A DNA stretch of 64,000 nucleotides from Felis catus (lineage: Eukaryota). The notes below the pieces were generated by a model that did no database searches, was not told the origin of the DNA, and saw nothing but the letters and a program-made list of their open reading frames with translations. Each line of letters begins with the position of its first letter. Position 1 is the first letter of the stretch. Positions 13,031 through 25,030 of the stretch are shown in pieces. The translations under genes were made by a program, and so were the position numbers. The stretch is from contig NC_058368.1 in assembly GCF_018350175.1 (NCBI RefSeq), positions 77,936,001 to 78,000,000 of the forward strand, written 5' to 3'.

Positions 13031-13110
13031 CATTCGGATGGGAGAAACCCCTGGTGGGGGCGAACAATATATAAAATCCTCCCTGCTCTGTCCTGTGAGT
13101 CAGAGGAACT
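12975..13110 (+). promoter_or_regulatory. Candidate TATA-type core promoter or enhancer
   Basis: CCAAT 12985-12989, (CT)n, GC-box-like tgggggcg 13055-13062, TATATAAAA 13068-13076, TGAGTCA 13096-13102. Motif evidence only. Confidence 0.3.
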
Positions 13111-13764
13111 GCAGGGGACCCAGGCATTCTGGCCCCTGCAAATCTCCCAGATACATTCCTACCCTCGTCTCAGGATTATTTTTAAACTTTCTTCAACTAC
13201 CTATGCATTCATGAGGCTTTTGGCAAGCTCTGTTTACCCACGCTTCCTGGCTAATGATAAATTGGAGAAGTCATCATAGAGGGTTTTATTCAACCTTTGA
13301 GATTGAAGGCCATCACACATTCCAAACGCAGGGTTTAGCAGGTGAAGAAAGAGACTTTCCAGTGGCCTCATATGTAGACCATCACCTAAACTGTGACAGA
13401 CAGACAGGAAGGGAGAGGCAGAGGGAGAGAACATTATGTGATCCAATCATGGAGAGAAGTGGGATGGCCAGAGCCTTTTTCTATTCAGAGAACCCCCAAA
13501 CAAAGGGAGCGGGGAGGAACAGTCTAGGAAACTGAATGACTGGATGGTTCATGTAACAGGAACTGGGGAGGAACTCAGCCACATCCTTTCTGGCTCTGGC
13601 TGTCTTCACTTCATTATTCCAGAACCAAGGGGGCAGAAGTAGCACCGTCTGACTCAGGCGTGAAGCTGTGAGTCTGTTCCTCAATGGAGTGTTTTCTGTG
13701 GAGCCTTTCTGCGGTCCCCTCAGAGCGCCAATATTTCCCTCCTTAAAATGTCTGCCTGGAGCTC

Positions 13765-13960
13765 TAGCAGCTGAGTATGGGAGAAAGGCTTTGTATCCAG
13801 ACAGACTTGTGATCAAACCTGGTACATCCAGCATGTGCACCAGGCAAGTCACTAAACCTTCTGCACCCTTATTTCCATCTGTTATATGGAGGACAGAAAA
13901 TGCCACTTCCGGAATTGCTGTAACAATCTCAGATACAGCATGTAGAGCGTTCGGCCCTAG
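13765..13960 (+). mobile_element. MIR SINE
   Basis: ggctttgtatccagacagac...ggcaagtcactaaaccttctgcacc...catctgttatatgg. Confidence 0.75.
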
Positions 13961-14315
13961 TGGGGTCAGATGGTTACAATGTGGGACGGATGTCAGTCCC
14001 AACGCTCCCCACTGGGAACCTGTACTACAATACACATTGGCACTGAGAAGACCCCAAAGGGTGGTTATTATAATGAACGCACAAGTTAGGATTTTCTATG
14101 CATGCATTTGTTATAGATTTTCAATATTTAAGAAAGCCTTGCAAGCCATCTGGTTAAAATTTACACCCAAACCTGGAACTCTGATTATGGTATTCACTTA
14201 TAATATTGGGTCAGTACGCTGGCCACCTGAGAAGATGATAAATGTGAATTGGGGCGTGTGATTCCTGGGGTATGCCTTCATGGATGCCCATGTGCCAAAA
14301 CGCCTCATTGCTTTG

Positions 14316-14329
14316 GCGACCCCTGGTGG
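14316..14329 (-). promoter_or_regulatory. Candidate CTCF core motif
   Basis: CCACCAGGGGTCGC on the minus strand, one mismatch from CCACCAGGGGGCGC. Confidence 0.35.
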
Positions 14330-15076
14330 TTCTCTCTTTTGTCCGGCAACTCTCACTGCAACATGTATCGGTATCCTCCAGACCCTGGAAACTCACAGCT
14401 CAAAGAGTCCATTTTGGTAAGCCCTTAAAATATGCTAAAAATTAAATTCTTTAGAGACAAAGACGGAAAGAAAGGTGGCCGAGAAATTCTCAAAGATGGA
14501 AACAGGAAACTTAAGGGACCCTGTCTATCTCCCCTGCACAAGATGCTGTGCTGGAAGCTGTGGGGAGTCCAGTCAACAAGAACATCCTCAATTCCCAATG
14601 ACCTGCTGCGAAACCCTTCTACACGTGGAACATACACAAATCAAAACAAGTAAGATATGACCTGGCAGCAAGACCAATGATAAGATAAACTTTTTAAGAT
14701 TAACTTAAGATAAACTATTCCAGGGTTGTATCCTTTATGATCCTTAGCCACCTCCAACCACTCGTTCATCAGATACCATGTCTTAATGAGTTTCCTTCTC
14801 GCTTTCTGTTCCCTCCTCCTTAGTCCCCCGAGCTCAGTCTGTCAATTTCTTACACTTGGTTTTAAACACTCTTTAAATATCACCTGTGTTTACTCATTCA
14901 GCCCACTACCGAATGCCTAATATGTAACAGGTAGAAGAGACACCATCTCTGTCCTCATTGAATCATGTATACATACACACACACATACGGGTACACACAC
15001 ATGAACACACACACGTAAGCTCTGTGATAACAATAAGGGGCTACACAAGGAAATTATAAGAGCACAAGTAAGACTT

Positions 15077-15283
15077 GCGACACCTGGGTAGTTCAAGGCT
15101 CAGTTGGTTGAACGTCCAACTCTTGATTTTGGCTCAGGTCATGATCCCAGGGTCATGGGATCAAGCCCCATGTTGGGCTCCACACTGAACATAGAGTCGG
15201 TTTAAGATTCTCTCTCCCTCTCTCTGTGCCCCTCCCCCTCTCACAATCTCTCTCTCTCAAAAGCAACAACAACAACAACAAAA
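15077..15283 (+). mobile_element. Older CanSINE with (AAC)n tail
   Basis: ggctcaggtcatgatcccagggtcatgggatcaagcccc body. Confidence 0.92.
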
Positions 15284-18200
15284 TGGGCCAAACGTGTAAA
15301 CCTCTATGGCAGAAAATGCATTTCCTTGAGTTAGTGAATGAACAACGGAAACAAAATGCACACTTTTGATGTTTTCCAAATGGAAAAGTCTAGAATTTTC
15401 TCTAGTGATTACATATGACAGGCAGCTATACAGATTGTCCATTAAATACAAAAAAAGATCAGCGATGATGCTAAAGTTACACTGCATCTCTCTTCCAACC
15501 GTACCTCTCCACACATCCCAAAAAGTCATTTTAAAGTGTATAATAACAATATATTTCTGATATAATGTATTTCTCGGTCGTTAGGGAAAGGAACAGTTCA
15601 TTAAAGATTTGTAACATATACATGTATTACATTTTGACGTTAGGCTTTCAAAAGGAGCAAAATCTCTCTTACAATGCTGTCAGACCTGTATGTACATAGT
15701 CAAGATGCAGTTAACTTACACTTAATACGACGATTCAATTTCCAGAGCTATGTGCTGCCAGCATCCTGTGTGAGTAGATTTTTTGTTTGGTTGGGTCTTA
15801 CTTTACTTTTACTAAACAAGCCCTGATTTGGTGTGGTTAAACTATAGAAAACAGAATGGCACACATGAGGGTATATATATTTTTTAAATAAAATCATGGA
15901 CAAAAATTATATCTAATTTGTGCTTGTATCAAATTAAACTCTCCTCCATAAAATTTATTTATATCAAAAAGTTTCTTTGCTATTTAGGTCTTATGACGTT
16001 AACCGAGTCCAGTTAATTAGAGTCTTACTTTTTCTACAGATAAGACTAAAATACATTGCCTTGATGTCCTCCATCTCCCACTGTGAGGACATGTATCCAA
16101 GGTGGAGTCAACAGCTACATCTATAGGTGACATGTTGGAGAACTGGACAGGTCCGTCTGTCCAGAACTGCCACAGTCTCACTACCATCTGTTTAATTTGT
16201 ATGGATGTCAAGTGTTTTCCAACAGAGTAGAAATATTCTAGTGTTAACCCTTTGCAGCCAGATCTTAGAAAATAACACCTAGTTAACAGTCAAAAAAAAT
16301 TATTTGGTTGACAGTGGACAAACAAGAAAAGAACGGCACCAAAGATACACAATGCCTACGTTAATAGGATTCTCTTTGGCAAATCTAAGGAAGTTTTGCA
16401 AATTGAGTTTTGAATTCTTCAACTTTGAAGACTGCAGAGACACATTGGACCACTAGAGTTAAGAGTATATTTTTAAAATTTAAATTAAATAATCAGTACC
16501 TAACAAGTTATTTTTAATTCAAATTACTATAGTTAAATATGCATTGCATATAGTATATGCATTACATATAGTATATGCATATGTATGTGTATAAAACAAT
16601 GTATAAATCTATAATATATACTACATGAAACATGGCTGTAGTGTATATATGTTAGATGATATACTATATGAGTGAATACGTATTATACTATATGTAAATA
16701 TATACTAAATACAGCATTAATATTTATCATAAAAATACATATAATGTAATAAAAGTTTCTTGCTAATTTCTTATAGCTTGTCCAAAAGTTGAGTTTCACT
16801 ACCTATAAGAAATGGATGTTTTTATTACACATTGCCCACAAAAGCAGACAGGGTAAATTTGAAATCAATAGGGTCCAATACATTTTTTTAATTTTTTAAA
16901 ACTGATCCAATATAAGTACAATGCTGGTTAAACAATGTGAGTAAAAACGACAAAAAATGCCAATCATGCAATTTAGAGATAAAAATTCCCCCTACAGCAA
17001 TCAGGCAGGCATTCAGCGGAATGAGTGGCCTGATTTATTGAATTGCCCATAAAACAATTCTAAATAGCCAACGGGGGCTTCATAGAAGGTTCATTCAAAT
17101 AAAGCGGACCCACACCTGGGTTGTGATTTTTCTGTCATTTCCCTCACACATTCCCATCTTCACTGGGCTTTGGAAAGGCCTTTCTCATGTCCCATCTTTA
17201 ATACATGTTTCCCAGACACCTCTTTTACTGTTTATGTAACTTTAATATAAAAACTATCTAAAGAGTCAAAATGCTTTTATGTATCGTTGTATTTAGCAAA
17301 ATTCCTTACCTATCCGTTTGGATTTTATATTGGTAAAGACAGATTCACAGTTAAGTTTTAAGCTGAATAATTCAGGTTGAAAAATAAGGGATTCTTTTTT
17401 CATAGGAGAGCAGATGGTTGCAAATTAATTTGCAAAGACACACTATTGCTTACAAAGAAAACACAGAAAATTAAAGATGAAAATGTGAGGTTTGTTTCCT
17501 GTATAGTTTTCAGGAGAACCTCAAGGCTAGCTTGCACCCCCAATTTCCAAATAGTTCTGTCTCTGTTGGTTTTATTTTCTAAGAGCCATTATTTTCAAGG
17601 TTTGGCAGTTTATGTTTTTAACAACTCTTCATTTTTATTTTTCAAAGTTTGGGATTCCTGCCTGCTTTATGGTGTAAACCATACAACCCTAAGAATTCAA
17701 CACGGCAGAGCAGAAAATTGACACACACAAAAAAAGTTTAAATGACATGAGACTGCCTGGATACAAAGGAAATGGAACGCTTTGAGGCACAGACTTGAGA
17801 TTAGTGTGTCTTTTGTTAAAAGGAAGGACAGAAGCACAGCTTGCCAAGGGGCGAGGGCGGGAGGGGGGATGTGAAAATATACATAAAGAAATAAACTTAA
17901 AAAAAATCTTCTAAAATTTTCATCTGAAAAGATTTGAATGGGTAGATGCATTACTTCCTTATCTGCATTTGACTTTCAATGGGTCCTTCCAAAAACTCTC
18001 CATGAGGAATATTCTGGATCTTGCGGCTCTTCTCATGAGAGTTACACAGGCTGACAATTGTCAGAACTTAGGAACTGCTATCCTTCCCTTGAAGACCTGC
18101 ACGCCATCACACCCCCGTACCCCGCAGTCTCAGGAGCATCCCTGGGGATAACAGGGAAAGATAAAAAGCTTCCCTGAGTCCAGCAAGAGGCATCTATTAG

Positions 18201-18637
18201 AATCCTTGCTTTGGGCACCAGTGCCTGTAATTTCTTCAGCATCTGAATCTGAATTGGAGAAGAATCCAGCTGTGAGGAAACTGGGGAAGCCTTGTTAGGA
18301 CTTTGAACCGCACAACCTGGGCAGAGAGAGTGAAACCAGTCTCCTTCAGAGGTAGGCAGAGCAGCAATGTTGGGTCTAAGGGCAAGGGAAAGGCTTTTAT
18401 AGCCAACAGGCTAAAAGACATTCACTGAATAGGCTACAAGAAGGGAAAAAGAAGGACACACAATAGTTAGAAGATATTCTGATTAATTTCTTGAGATTAA
18501 TAAATGATCTACATATGATATATTTTGTCATCGTGGGAGAGGCGGCCAATTGAAATGATGTCCCTCATGGGATGTGCCAAGTAGCCCTTGGAAAGAAGGC
18601 GTTTACTCTTTGGGCCACTGACAACACACTGAATTTT

Positions 18638-19070
18638 CTTGAGCTGGCAGACTACAGTCCCATATCCAAATGCATCTGTTTTGTATTGCAATGATGTAAG
18701 AGTATTTTTACATTTTTAAATGGTTGTTTCAAAAATAACACAAAGAGAGGCACCTGGGTGGCTCAGTCGGTTAAGTATCTGACTTCAGCTCAGGTCATGA
18801 TCTCGCAACTCGTGAGTTTGAGCCCCACGTTGGGCTCTGTGTTGACAGCTCAGAGCCTGGAGCCTGCTTTGGATTCTGTGTCTCCCTTTCTCTCCGCCCC
18901 TCCCCTGCTCACACTCTCTCCATCTCTCTCTCTCAAAAAGCAATACACATTAATTTTTTCTTTAAATAACACAAAGAAAAATATGTGACAGAGACTATCT
19001 ATTGACTGCAAAGCTTAAAGCCTGAAACATTCACTATCTTGCCCTTTGCAGAAAAGTTTGCCAGTCCCTG
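18638..19070. mobile_element. MER58B-like hAT-Charlie MITE, interrupted by a SINE
   Basis: ggcagactacag...ttttacatttttaaatggttg [SINE] aatatgtgacagagac...cactatcttgccctttgcagaaaagtttgcc. Confidence 0.8.
18747..18963 (+). mobile_element. Feline CanSINE within MER58-like element
   Basis: 14-bp TSD aaataacacaaaga. Confidence 0.97.
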
Positions 19071-19576
19071 AGCTAAGCCCTTATTTGGCCGATCTTGAGT
19101 TCTTTTTCTGCCTCATCCTAATGGGATGCTATGTGTGATACACTGCATTGCTCCTGAGAAAACACAAACGTGGAATCTAATGAATAATAATACCCCGACA
19201 TCAGGTATTAATGCATTTTTAATTTTGCAAGCTGGCTTAAAATAAGTCAGACTAACTGGAACTGTACAGCTCACTTTGGTCAAGGGTGATTATACAGCGG
19301 GTGGAAAAACTGATTGAATCTACCTCAAGCATTTACCGAGTGCCGACTCGAGACAATGCAGTCAAAATATATTAAGCTTCCTAAATCTATAAAACTCTTG
19401 GTTAGTATAAGCAAAGCCATCCCTGTGGATTATCAATAACATAATCTCCTGTAGTATCTGTTTTCTGAGTCTGCTATTCAAGTTGCCACAGGAAAGAGCA
19501 AAGACCTGTCTATTCCAGAAAAAGAGAGAGAACACATTCACAAAGTAGACTTGTACATAATAGACCTAGTCAAGAA

Positions 19577-19904
19577 TCTCCCTCTTCCTCCTTCCTCCTC
19601 TCCTTCTCTTTCTCCTCCCCTTCCTCCTCCTTCTTCCCCTCTCCTTCTTCTTCTTCTTCTTCCTCCTCCTCTTCTTCTTCTCCTTCCTCCTCCTCCTCTT
19701 CTTGTTCTTCTTGTTCTTGTTCTTCTTCTTCTTCTTCTTCTTCTTCTTCTTCTTCTTCTTCTTCTTCTCCTCCTTCTCCTTCTCCTTCTCCTTCCTCCTC
19801 CTCCTCCTTCTCCTTCCCCTTCTTTCCTCCTCCTCTTTCTTCTTCTTCTTCTCCTTCTCCTCCTCCTTCTTCTTTATGATGATGATGATGATTATTATTA
19901 TTTT
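19577..19904. repeat. Compound (CCT)n/(CTT)n polypyrimidine tract followed by (GAT)n(ATT)n
   Basis: About 300 bp containing only three purines (G at 19704, 19713, 19719). Confidence 0.98.
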
Positions 19905-22900
19905 GCTTCAAGTACAGTGATTTCACAGAAGTCAGCACAAATAAGTTATTGCAAATATTGCTGATACATGAAAGCTTTTTCATGGTTTGCTTATCACAGT
20001 GGGATTCTGGTTCAATCAACACTCTCCTATCTAATGACTGAGACACATTCTTTGTCACATGAAAATTAAACAGACCATGGTTTCTGAATTTGTTTTCATT
20101 TTTTTCGTGACTGACATTAGCTTCTGACTTTTTTGTTTGTGTGTTTGGTTGGTTGGTTGCTTTTTGGTTTGGGGGTTATTTTTTGTTTGTTTGGTTGGTT
20201 GGTTGTTTTTCAACCTTTAGCCATAACACAAATTCAACTTACACCTTCAGTTTGATTTCGTGTTTCCCAGTTGGGTGTGTTCATTGATTTGGTTCATTGA
20301 CTAGACTGGAAAATGAGTCCCTAATAATTCCTAGTGTTCCAATCCAACACGTAACAACTTTCCTTAACAGACATTTAGTATTACCTTGTATTCATCTATG
20401 ATATCTCAGAAGCAATTTTTTAAATGTCATACAGAAATCGTGTTCAATGTGGTTTTCAATAAAAATGTCATATTTCTTTAATGCTTTGGAGTATGTTATT
20501 ATTGTATAAAATCAAGTAAACATCTGGGAATGACTTGTCAGCACATATTTACCTTTGACTGTAAGTCAGGAAGTGAGTAATATAATCCAGAAGAGGTGCT
20601 AGTGATTTTGCAGGAACCTAGCAGCATTCCTCTCTGCGGGCTATTTTAGTAAAAAGATGATTTTGTGATCACGGCTTCTAAAAGGGTCTGTTTGAGGCAG
20701 TGCAGGCAGTTCATTTGCTCTTTCCTCTTTTGCCACTTACCCTTTTCCCAGCTTCATCTAAGAGTAAAGAAAAATTAAACATATGTGCATTCAGATGGGG
20801 ACTTTAGAGAGGTGAGTTTCTCTGATTTCATAGTATCTTCCAGAATAAAGTGGGCTAGTCAGCATTCTAAAGCCAGGAGAAGAAGGCAAGCTGCCAGGAC
20901 TCAGATATTGGCTGAAAACAGTTGGCCACTCTGTGTAAATTAATTATTTCATTCATCCAACCACGTTATATTCCTGATCACTTGGAATCTTGAGACGCCC
21001 GTTATTTAGTCTGCCACAAAGGCGTATTGGCTTCGGTATGCCTTTACTACATACAGTAGATCCAGTTGTCATATGTAGAGCTAAAACTTGATCAAAACCA
21101 CACTGCATTATGAAAATCCTCTTTCTCTGAAGCTCTGATGAGAATAAGTGGCCTAGGTTGCTGTTGCCACTTCATCAAGATGAAGTCTTGATCGGTGTTT
21201 CTGAGCTCTCAAGTGTTTCTTAACCAAGATCCCTGGTGGAAAACTGTTTTTGCCACAGACAGGCAGGCTCTTCTGTTTGTATCTATAGTTTCTATTCCCA
21301 GGACCGATGGTCTTTGATCTCTGGGCACCCAGGTGGCACTTGGCTTACCAGTCAGCTACTGTCTAACTTCCCCACCTGGAGGGGGATTTACAGCACTGTC
21401 TGTACTTTGGCCGGTAATGGTGCCTGGAGTGTCCTGGGGGAACGGAAGCGGAAGGAAACCATCATTTGGAGGCTATAATGTAATATTATACAAATCGTCA
21501 GCATACAGTGAGAGACAGGCCTGTCAGTGGTAGTTCTCAACATCATTATTAGCAATGTGAGTACATTCCATACCTTTTAAATTTCATCCTAATAGCATAC
21601 CTCTGACATAAGTGCTATTATCTATATTATATAAAAGAGAAAACTACGCTCAACGAGATCAGCCTCTCATCCAAGTCACCCATCTACTGGCAGCAAGAGC
21701 CAAAAATTCATCTTTCTGGATCCAAAACTTACGAGGATTTTTTTTAAGACCACTGGTATTGCAGCAGGAAAGTGACTATGTTTTCACTGCTCTGCAGCTA
21801 GCTCTTGGCTCTTTCCTTAAGTTCACTGTGATGCTGTTTAAGGAATGAAAAGGATCCTTGGGTTTTCTCTTGCCTTGCAGTGCAACACCATAGATGCTCC
21901 CAGTGATGACCTTCCCCCAGTTCAGTTGCAGGAATCACCAGTGGGCTGATGCTACTACATTAAGTGACGTGGTAGCAAGGCCAAGTTCTTCATATGCCTT
22001 CTGTCTTTTGGCCTCCCTATTCTGGGGAGTAGATATGAATTATATCCTAGGAACGACTCTGATGTCACATGATATGTTGAGGTAACTTTATAAATTAAGC
22101 TTTCTGATGAGCCTGGTGGCTTTTATTGTCATAATTTTTCTATTAGGTTTTTTTTCTAAATGTCATTGATTTATCTTCATTATGAAGATTAGTAACAAGT
22201 AAAACTTCTTTCCTTAGTTTTAAGGTAATACAACTATATTGCTATTTTAGACTAATACTAATATATGCCTTGCTTTTTAAAAAGAGAAATAGACTTAGGA
22301 GGTATTACTATCTCTTTATGTAATTTTGCTTTGTTCAAGGCACATCAGGACAAACCAAAATGCATATAATTGCAAGGGGCATTGAAATCTCTCACACAAC
22401 CCCAATTCTGTCATTGCCTGTAGAAATTCAGCAAGAGGACAAAAGAACTAAGATATAAGCCAGTCTGAATAAACAGAAGGCTTCAAAAATGGCTAGAGTA
22501 GGAGTTTACTCTCTTGAGTAGAGCAATCCAGGAGGATCTGCAGTAAACCATGGGGACGTTCCAGGAGGTGGTGACAGGAAAGTGGTTCTCAACATGCTGC
22601 TATGCCTTCTGTAGAACAACACCCCGGGTCACTTAGGCTGATAAAGACTAGACATGTGTCTCATTTAAGAAACTGCCATAAGGAATGAACAACTAATGTA
22701 CTAGTGCTCTAGGCACTTTTTTATCCTAATGGAAGAATTTATTAACCCAAAGAACTGTCCACTCTATCTACAGGATGTGAATGAAGGTGCTCTTGATCCA
22801 GGAGTTCCTTCTCTTCTCCAGGGGTCTACCTTTATTTAATTCATGAATTTTCATACTAATCCATTAAATTAACACAGTTTTTCTTTCTCAAGCAGTGGTT

Positions 22901-24329
22901 CCCTCACTGAAATATCTTATCACGTTAGTAAAAACAACAGATACTGTACAAAGGGCTGTAGATTTGAATCCACATCATTAACAGATTATTGCCAAAAGAA
23001 TACAGGCTTCCCTTTCAACATGCCCTCGCCCACAAAATGTACTGGTATGAGCCTAAAGCAGATGTGCACAGGGCCCTGGAATCTGGAAGTCGCACCTACT
23101 CAGCTACTGGATTTGTCGTTGAACACATTCTTAGCCAAGAACCATAGCTGTGTACTCTTGAACTCCTGACTCTTGGTCAGCAATTTTTCTCTGTTCTGAC
23201 TTGCATGCCTCTCTCATGGCATTTATCCCATTTTACCATTTTTGCAGTTATTTTTATGTTAACATTATGCTCCCTAGGAGACTATGAAGACTCTGAGGGC
23301 AAGGACAGTCCCAGCATATTGACAATATGTGCTGACTGGTTGTACAATGCGATTTACAGCCCAATGGAAAGTAAGAGAATAAAGGTGGTGTTTTATGGCT
23401 TCTTTGACAATTGCACCGAGGTGGTGCGTGCATGCACGCATGCACACACACACACAAACACCCCTTGTAAGCTGTACCCAACAGCTGCAGTCTGCTTCAT
23501 GAGAAATTTGGACACCTGCATGTGCACACAGTGGCACTGGGAGAAGTGGCTTTTCTGAGGTTGCATAACGTTCCCCTGCTGGAGTTTGTTCACAGGATTG
23601 TTCCCACAGGTTGATTATGCCCTCACTACTGCTGCCTTCAGTAGGTTTCCCTGAAAATAAGATGCTGAGATTCATAGGCAGGAATAAATCCACACAAATA
23701 AGCAGCAAACAGACCCATTCCTTTGTGCTTAGTTATGAATCTTTTTAAAATGCACCTACTGTTAGTTCTCTAAAGAAATCCCAAGCACAGAGCACGGCCC
23801 CAAGTTACATTTTACACGCCCACAGTTTAATGTGGGTGTTAGATCCACCATTCAAATGGTAGGGGGTTTAAATGGTCCCTTTTCTCAGCTCAATCCTGTT
23901 ACCTCTAAATTCTAGTCATTCAAGTTACTGCCTTTAGTTAACAAATTATGAAAACAGCCAGAGTGAATCAAAGACTCATAGATAATTTGGAGTCTGAAGA
24001 GGCACTGATAGACGAGAAGAATAAAGGCTACGAAAGAAGGGCGAACATAGAGGCGGTCAATACCCTTCTCTAAAATTTAAAAAAGGAAACACAAAATGAA
24101 AACCACCCCACAATATTAGCCTCATGTTTTCTACACTAGCTTGCCAAGGGATTCCCAGAAAGTGAGGAAATCCCAATGGCCTGCCAACCATTGGAGCAGG
24201 TTTACATTTCTAATTATACGTATTTCCATGAATTGTAGGGTCATGGTTTGTCTGTTCAACCAGTTTGGAAACCAGCTGAAGACCACATCAACCTTTCCAT
24301 GATGTTCCTTTATTCTGAACACTAAAATA

Positions 24330-25030
24330 TTACTATTAGGTCTTTGTAAACATGACTGTTAATAGCTGCATGACAGTATTTCATACAGAAGCACCCGTAA
24401 CCTCTTTATTAGCCATTATGTAATTTCCAGTTTTCATGACTATTATCAATGATTTCATGAGACCTTTCTCAACACTCTGTTGTTGCTTCTACTACACGGA
24501 AAACAATAAATGAAATTCCTGGGTCAAAAGTGATGAATATTTATAAGCTTACTGAGCCAAATGATTTTCGAAATAGGTTTTATCAACATTCCAGTGCAAT
24601 GCAGAATTCCCATTCACTGAATCCTAAATAGCATCAGATATGCTCATTTTATTTTTTTTTTAATTTTTTTAATTACGTTTATTTTTGAGAGAGAGGGAGA
24701 AACAGAGGGTGAGCAGGGGAGGGGCAGAGAGAGGGAGACACAGAATCTGAAGCAGGCTCCAGGCTCCGAGCCGTCAGCACAGAGCCCGACGCAGGGCTCG
24801 AACTCACGAGCTGTGAGATCATGACCTGAGCTGAAGTTGGACGCTCAACCGACTGAGCCCCGCTCCGGCGCCCCAAGGATATGCTCATTTTAAAACTAAA
24901 TGATTTTTAAACTACTGATCGGAAAAACTGGAAGATCACTATTATTACAATCTGTATAATTCTGATAATGATATGTGATTTCCATATTTATTAACCACTT
25001 ACATTTCCTATATTATAATCATTTTTTTCT
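24330..25030 (-). mobile_element. Old L1 (L1ME-like) fragment, interrupted by a SINE
   Basis: Degenerate antisense L1 motifs (gctgcat...agtatttcat, ttccagtttt, gaaattcctgggtcaaaag, ttccatatttattaaccacttacatttcct). Confidence 0.6.
24651..24874 (-). mobile_element. Feline CanSINE
   Basis: TSD gatatgctcatttt on both sides. Confidence 0.97.

Noticed and set aside
13481..14261. Overlapping 184-aa and 197-aa ORFs
   Set aside because: They run through a MIR and show no recognisable protein similarity.
16017..16211. Minus-strand ORF ending near a GTAAGA donor, with an 8-bp hairpin
   Set aside because: Weak acceptor and an unrecognised peptide.
19551..20058. Poly-Glu, poly-Leu and poly-Phe ORFs
   Set aside because: They are translations of the (CCT/CTT)n microsatellite, with no gene context.
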